Positions 36,577 to 39,552 of a stretch of 39,552 nucleotides of DNA are shown in pieces. Below the pieces are notes generated by a model. It did not search any database. It had not been told where the DNA came from and saw only the letters and a program-made list of their open reading frames with translations. The DNA comes from Candidatus Thorarchaeota archaeon (GTDB taxonomy: Archaea; Asgardarchaeota; Thorarchaeia; Thorarchaeales; Thorarchaeaceae). Every line of letters begins with the position of its first letter. Within the stretch, counting starts at the first letter, position 1. Made by a program: the position numbers and the translations under genes. The stretch is from contig JAUVHR010000001.1 in the NCBI GenBank assembly GCA_030593165.1, forward strand, positions 91,025-130,576, in the 5' to 3' direction.

Positions 36577-37290
36577 TCAGTTCCATATGATGAACTCGGG
36601 TTCTCCTCTTTCTCTCAATAGCGCAATCATTTCCTGTGCTATCTCAAGTTTCACACGTTTTCTTTCACTAGCAAGGAAATCAGAGTCATGACTCGATTTG
36701 GACCAGCGTCCTACTATTGTTCCAAAATCCATCCCAGCCAATATCACACGTTCAGGTCCATAATGCGTGACGATAAAACACGCTCTGTCACCATCTGTGA
36801 ATCCACCCCAGAGATGTATATTCCCTTTGGGTTCTACTTGAGTGCTGCCCAGTACAGGACCCAACATGGGAACCACAGGTTCTACCACATCCATATTATC
36901 TCCGTGTGCATGTACAATCCCCAAGGCGCCTTGATCTATTAGCGCACGAATGTGGTTGATGTCTCCATCTAAGTCTGTTACTACTATCTCGCAATGATGG
37001 GCTGCATGTACAAATGCAGTGGATGCTCCATCTACTGCCACAAAAACCGCGTTATCATACTCTGCATATTCCTGAATTTCGTTCAAATGGCGTTCTAACG
37101 ATGGTCCAGCACCACAAACAACCACGATATTCTCCCTGATTATTGCATCTAGTTTGGTGAGCAAAGAGGCTGTGTCCACATTGGTTAGCAGAGATGAAAG
37201 GAGTTTCGTGGCAGCACGATCATCATCAGGACTCAGGTTCAACCGTTCAACGATGTTCCAATAGAAACCCTGCCAATCATCCCATTTCAA
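36577..37290 (-). CDS. mptE: 6-hydroxymethyl-7,8-dihydropterin pyrophosphokinase (DUF115)
   Basis: GAGPSL, VTDLDG, HAHGDN, GGFTDGDRA, GMDF. Confidence 0.92.
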   Translation of the reverse strand: MKWDDWQGFYWNIVERLNLSPDDDRAATKLLSSLLTNVDTASLLTKLDAIIRENIVVVCGAGPSLERHLNEIQEYAEYDNAVFVAVDGASTAFVHAAHHCEIVVTDLDGDINHIRALIDQGALGIVHAHGDNMDVVEPVVPMLGPVLGSTQVEPKGNIHLWGGFTDGDRACFIVTHYGPERVILAGMDFGTIVGRWSKSSHDSDFLASERKRVKLEIAQEMIALLRERGEPEFIIWN

Positions 37291-38129
37291 GGACCATCAC
37301 CCGATTGTCGAAGAGATTCTCCCACCCTAGCAGCTAATCGCGCTTCTGTCACATCATGAGCACGAATAATGTCCGCACCATTTGCTACAGCTATTGAAGT
37401 GGCTGCAATTGTTCCTGTTAGACGGTCAGTCGGGTCAGGCTGCTCCAGAAGTGCTCCTATGAATGCCTTTCTTGAAACCCCTACACAAAGAGGTTGTCCC
37501 AGTGACAGGAACTGTCCTAGTCCACGTATCAATGCAAAATCAACCTCAGGTAGTTTTCCAAAGCCGATTCCTGGATCAACTATGATATACTCCTCGTCAA
37601 TTCCCGCCTTCTTTGCGATAGTGATGCTTCTCTTCAATGATTCAACAGCATCCTTCAGGGATCTACATGGCGCACCACAGTTCGCCATAAGTATGACGGG
37701 CACCTGCTTGGCAGCCACAATCTCAGCCATTTGACTATCATTTTGCAGTCCTGAGATATCGTTCACAATCGAAACTCCAAGGCCAATTGCCCTTTCCGCA
37801 ACAGGGGCGTGTACAGTGTCAATTGAGATAGGTAGACTAGTCAGTTTACGAATCTTGGGTATTGCTACACCGATGCGTTCAAGCTCCTCTTCTACCGAGA
37901 TTTCTGACGTTCCATATACTCTTGCAGGTGCTGTTGACGCGCCTCCAACATCGATTAAATCTGCACCATCTTCATCTACCTGTAAGACTACTTTCTCCAG
38001 TTCTGCAGGGTCCCCAACAATGGATCCTCTAAAAAAGGACTCATCCGAGAGATTAATCACTCCCATTACCCGGACTGGATAATCCTTGCCCACTTTGAGT
38101 CTATCCAATCTGACGAAACGAGCACCCAA
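37287..38129 (-). CDS. folP: Dihydropteroate synthase
   Basis: VMGVINLS.ESF, IDVGGAST, ISIDT, DPGIGFGK, SRKAF, RAHDV. Confidence 0.93.
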   Translation of the reverse strand: MGARFVRLDRLKVGKDYPVRVMGVINLSDESFFRGSIVGDPAELEKVVLQVDEDGADLIDVGGASTAPARVYGTSEISVEEELERIGVAIPKIRKLTSLPISIDTVHAPVAERAIGLGVSIVNDISGLQNDSQMAEIVAAKQVPVILMANCGAPCRSLKDAVESLKRSITIAKKAGIDEEYIIVDPGIGFGKLPEVDFALIRGLGQFLSLGQPLCVGVSRKAFIGALLEQPDPTDRLTGTIAATSIAVANGADIIRAHDVTEARLAARVGESLRQSGDGP

Positions 38130-38206
38130 TCTGACTACTCCTTAACTGTTGGTAGCAATTGACAATACAGAAGGAAATAAAACCTTAGCATCGCCGCGCC
38201 AAGGTC

Positions 38207-39364
38207 GTGTCCATCATGAATAAACCGCTTGAACGAACTCATCTATATGCTTGGCACAAAGAACATGGTGATATTGTACCCTTTGCAGGGTGGGAAATGC
38301 CAGTTCGATTCACAGATATCAGAGAAGAACATCTCGCTGTAAGGAATACGGTGGGCATTTTCGACACCACCAATATGTATCGCTTCTGGATTACAGGCCC
38401 ACAGGCTTGCGAATACCTCCAGACGCTCACTACGAACAACGTGAGCAAGCTGAAAATTGGTGATGGCCATTACTCGACCTGCCTTAACAAACGTGGAGGA
38501 ACTCATGATGACCTTATGTTATACAGGATTGCTGAGGACGAGTACATATGGGTGACCAATGCAGACAACGGTCCCAAGATAAGGAACCATCTTCTGAAGA
38601 ATGCTGAGAAGTTTGACATCAAAGTGGAGGATCGATCCAAGGATGTGGCCATGATTGCAGTTCAAGGCCCAAAGGCACTATCCCTTCTTACAAAGATGGC
38701 CGGAGAGGATGTTCATGAGTTCGGACGGTTCAGCTGCACTCCTGTCAAGCTCGCAGGATACGATACTTACCTGTGTCGTACAGGCTACACCGGTGAGAGT
38801 GGTGGCGAAATACTAGTTCTGAACACACCATTTGATTCCGAGGGCATAAAGAGAGCCATATCATTCTGGGAAGAGATTCTCAAACAGGGTGAAGAGTTTG
38901 GTGTGAAACCTTGTGGTCTCGGAGCTAGGGACTCTCTAAGACTTGAGGCTGGTTTCGTTCTATATGGTCACGAATTAGATGAGGACACCTCCCCAATAGA
39001 GGCCAGAATCTCATATGCTGTGAAGTTCAAGGTTGACCCCCACTACTATGGCTATGATGTAGTCAGAAGTCATAAGAAAGAGAAGACAATCAGGAAGACA
39101 AGAATCGGTCTGATTATGATTGATAGAGGAATACCTCGTGAGCATTATCCAGTCTTTTTCGAAGGCACTCAAATCGGCGAAATCACAAGTGGTGGTATAT
39201 CACCTATCACGAAAGAGGGAATTGGACTGGCGTATGTGACTCCGGGTAGCATTAGTAATGATGATATTGTTGAGATTGATATCAAGGGTCGAATGAGGAC
39301 GGCGCGAGTCACATCATGGCCATTCTACGACCCCAAGAAGTACGGTGAGGGTCGTGTTGGTTGA
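38207..39364 (+). CDS. gcvT: Glycine cleavage system aminomethyltransferase T
   Basis: FAGWEMPV, EHLAVR, RTGYTGE, GLGARDSLRLEAG, PFYDP. Confidence 0.95.
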   Translation: MSIMNKPLERTHLYAWHKEHGDIVPFAGWEMPVRFTDIREEHLAVRNTVGIFDTTNMYRFWITGPQACEYLQTLTTNNVSKLKIGDGHYSTCLNKRGGTHDDLMLYRIAEDEYIWVTNADNGPKIRNHLLKNAEKFDIKVEDRSKDVAMIAVQGPKALSLLTKMAGEDVHEFGRFSCTPVKLAGYDTYLCRTGYTGESGGEILVLNTPFDSEGIKRAISFWEEILKQGEEFGVKPCGLGARDSLRLEAGFVLYGHELDEDTSPIEARISYAVKFKVDPHYYGYDVVRSHKKEKTIRKTRIGLIMIDRGIPREHYPVFFEGTQIGEITSGGISPITKEGIGLAYVTPGSISNDDIVEIDIKGRMRTARVTSWPFYDPKKYGEGRVG

Positions 39365-39418
39365 ATTGCCCAAAGTGATTTATAGTACCTGCATTCCAGA
39401 ACCGAGTTGGTGACACTG

Positions 39419-39552
39419 ATGACCGACGGGACTAAGGTCTTAGACGATAGACTATACAGTGAAGGACACGAGTGGACAAAGGTTGCTGACGACCTTGTGA
39501 TTATTGGAATCACTGACTTCGCTCAGCACTCACTCCATGAAATCACATTCAT
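39419..39552 (+). CDS. gcvH: Glycine cleavage system H protein (3'-truncated by window edge)
   Basis: MTDGTKVLDDRLYSEGHEWTK...IGITDFAQHSL; not in the supplied ORF track. Confidence 0.92.
   Translation, partial: MTDGTKVLDDRLYSEGHEWTKVADDLVIIGITDFAQHSLHEITF

Noticed and set aside
602-39513. Many antisense or alternate-frame ORFs in the track (e.g. 602-1027, 7099-7551, 12178-12702, 25884-26408)
   Set aside because: They overlap well-supported genes and show no recognisable motifs; treated as shadow ORFs
1-39552. CRISPR array, IS element, integrase or prophage
   Set aside because: No regularly spaced repeats, transposase or integrase motifs seen by eye

Overview
Gene-dense archaeal core-genome window, most consistent with an Asgard archaeon (Thorarchaeia-like; inferred from PolD, Elf1, an Arf/Rab-like small GTPase, an OSTC/DC2 homologue and a PAC4-like protein occurring together). 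Translation and transcription genes: 3' part of EF-1alpha, aIF5B, the rpl7ae-rps28e-rpl24e cluster and the rpoD-rpl18e-rpl13-rps9-rpoN-rps2 operon. RNA genes: intron-containing tRNA-Ser(GCT), SRP RNA and tRNA-Pro(CGG). Lipid genes: an Aeropyrum-type modified mevalonate operon, egsA and carS. DNA metabolism: RPA, PolD DP2, RadB-like ATPase, XPD, TopA and a SWIM protein. Also SufS, a C5-methyltransferase/SPOUT pair, mptE-folP and gcvT-gcvH. No CRISPR array, transposase or prophage was seen. Most notable observations: an unannotated 37-aa Ost4-like membrane micropeptide, a pseudoknot-capable rpoD leader, tRNA-Pro with A37, an SRP RNA with a UGGC helix-8 loop, a kinetoplastid-like mevalonate kinase, an inverted and extended ndk, and a CxxC winged-helix protein coupled to sufS. 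All protein calls come from motif recognition, not database searches.
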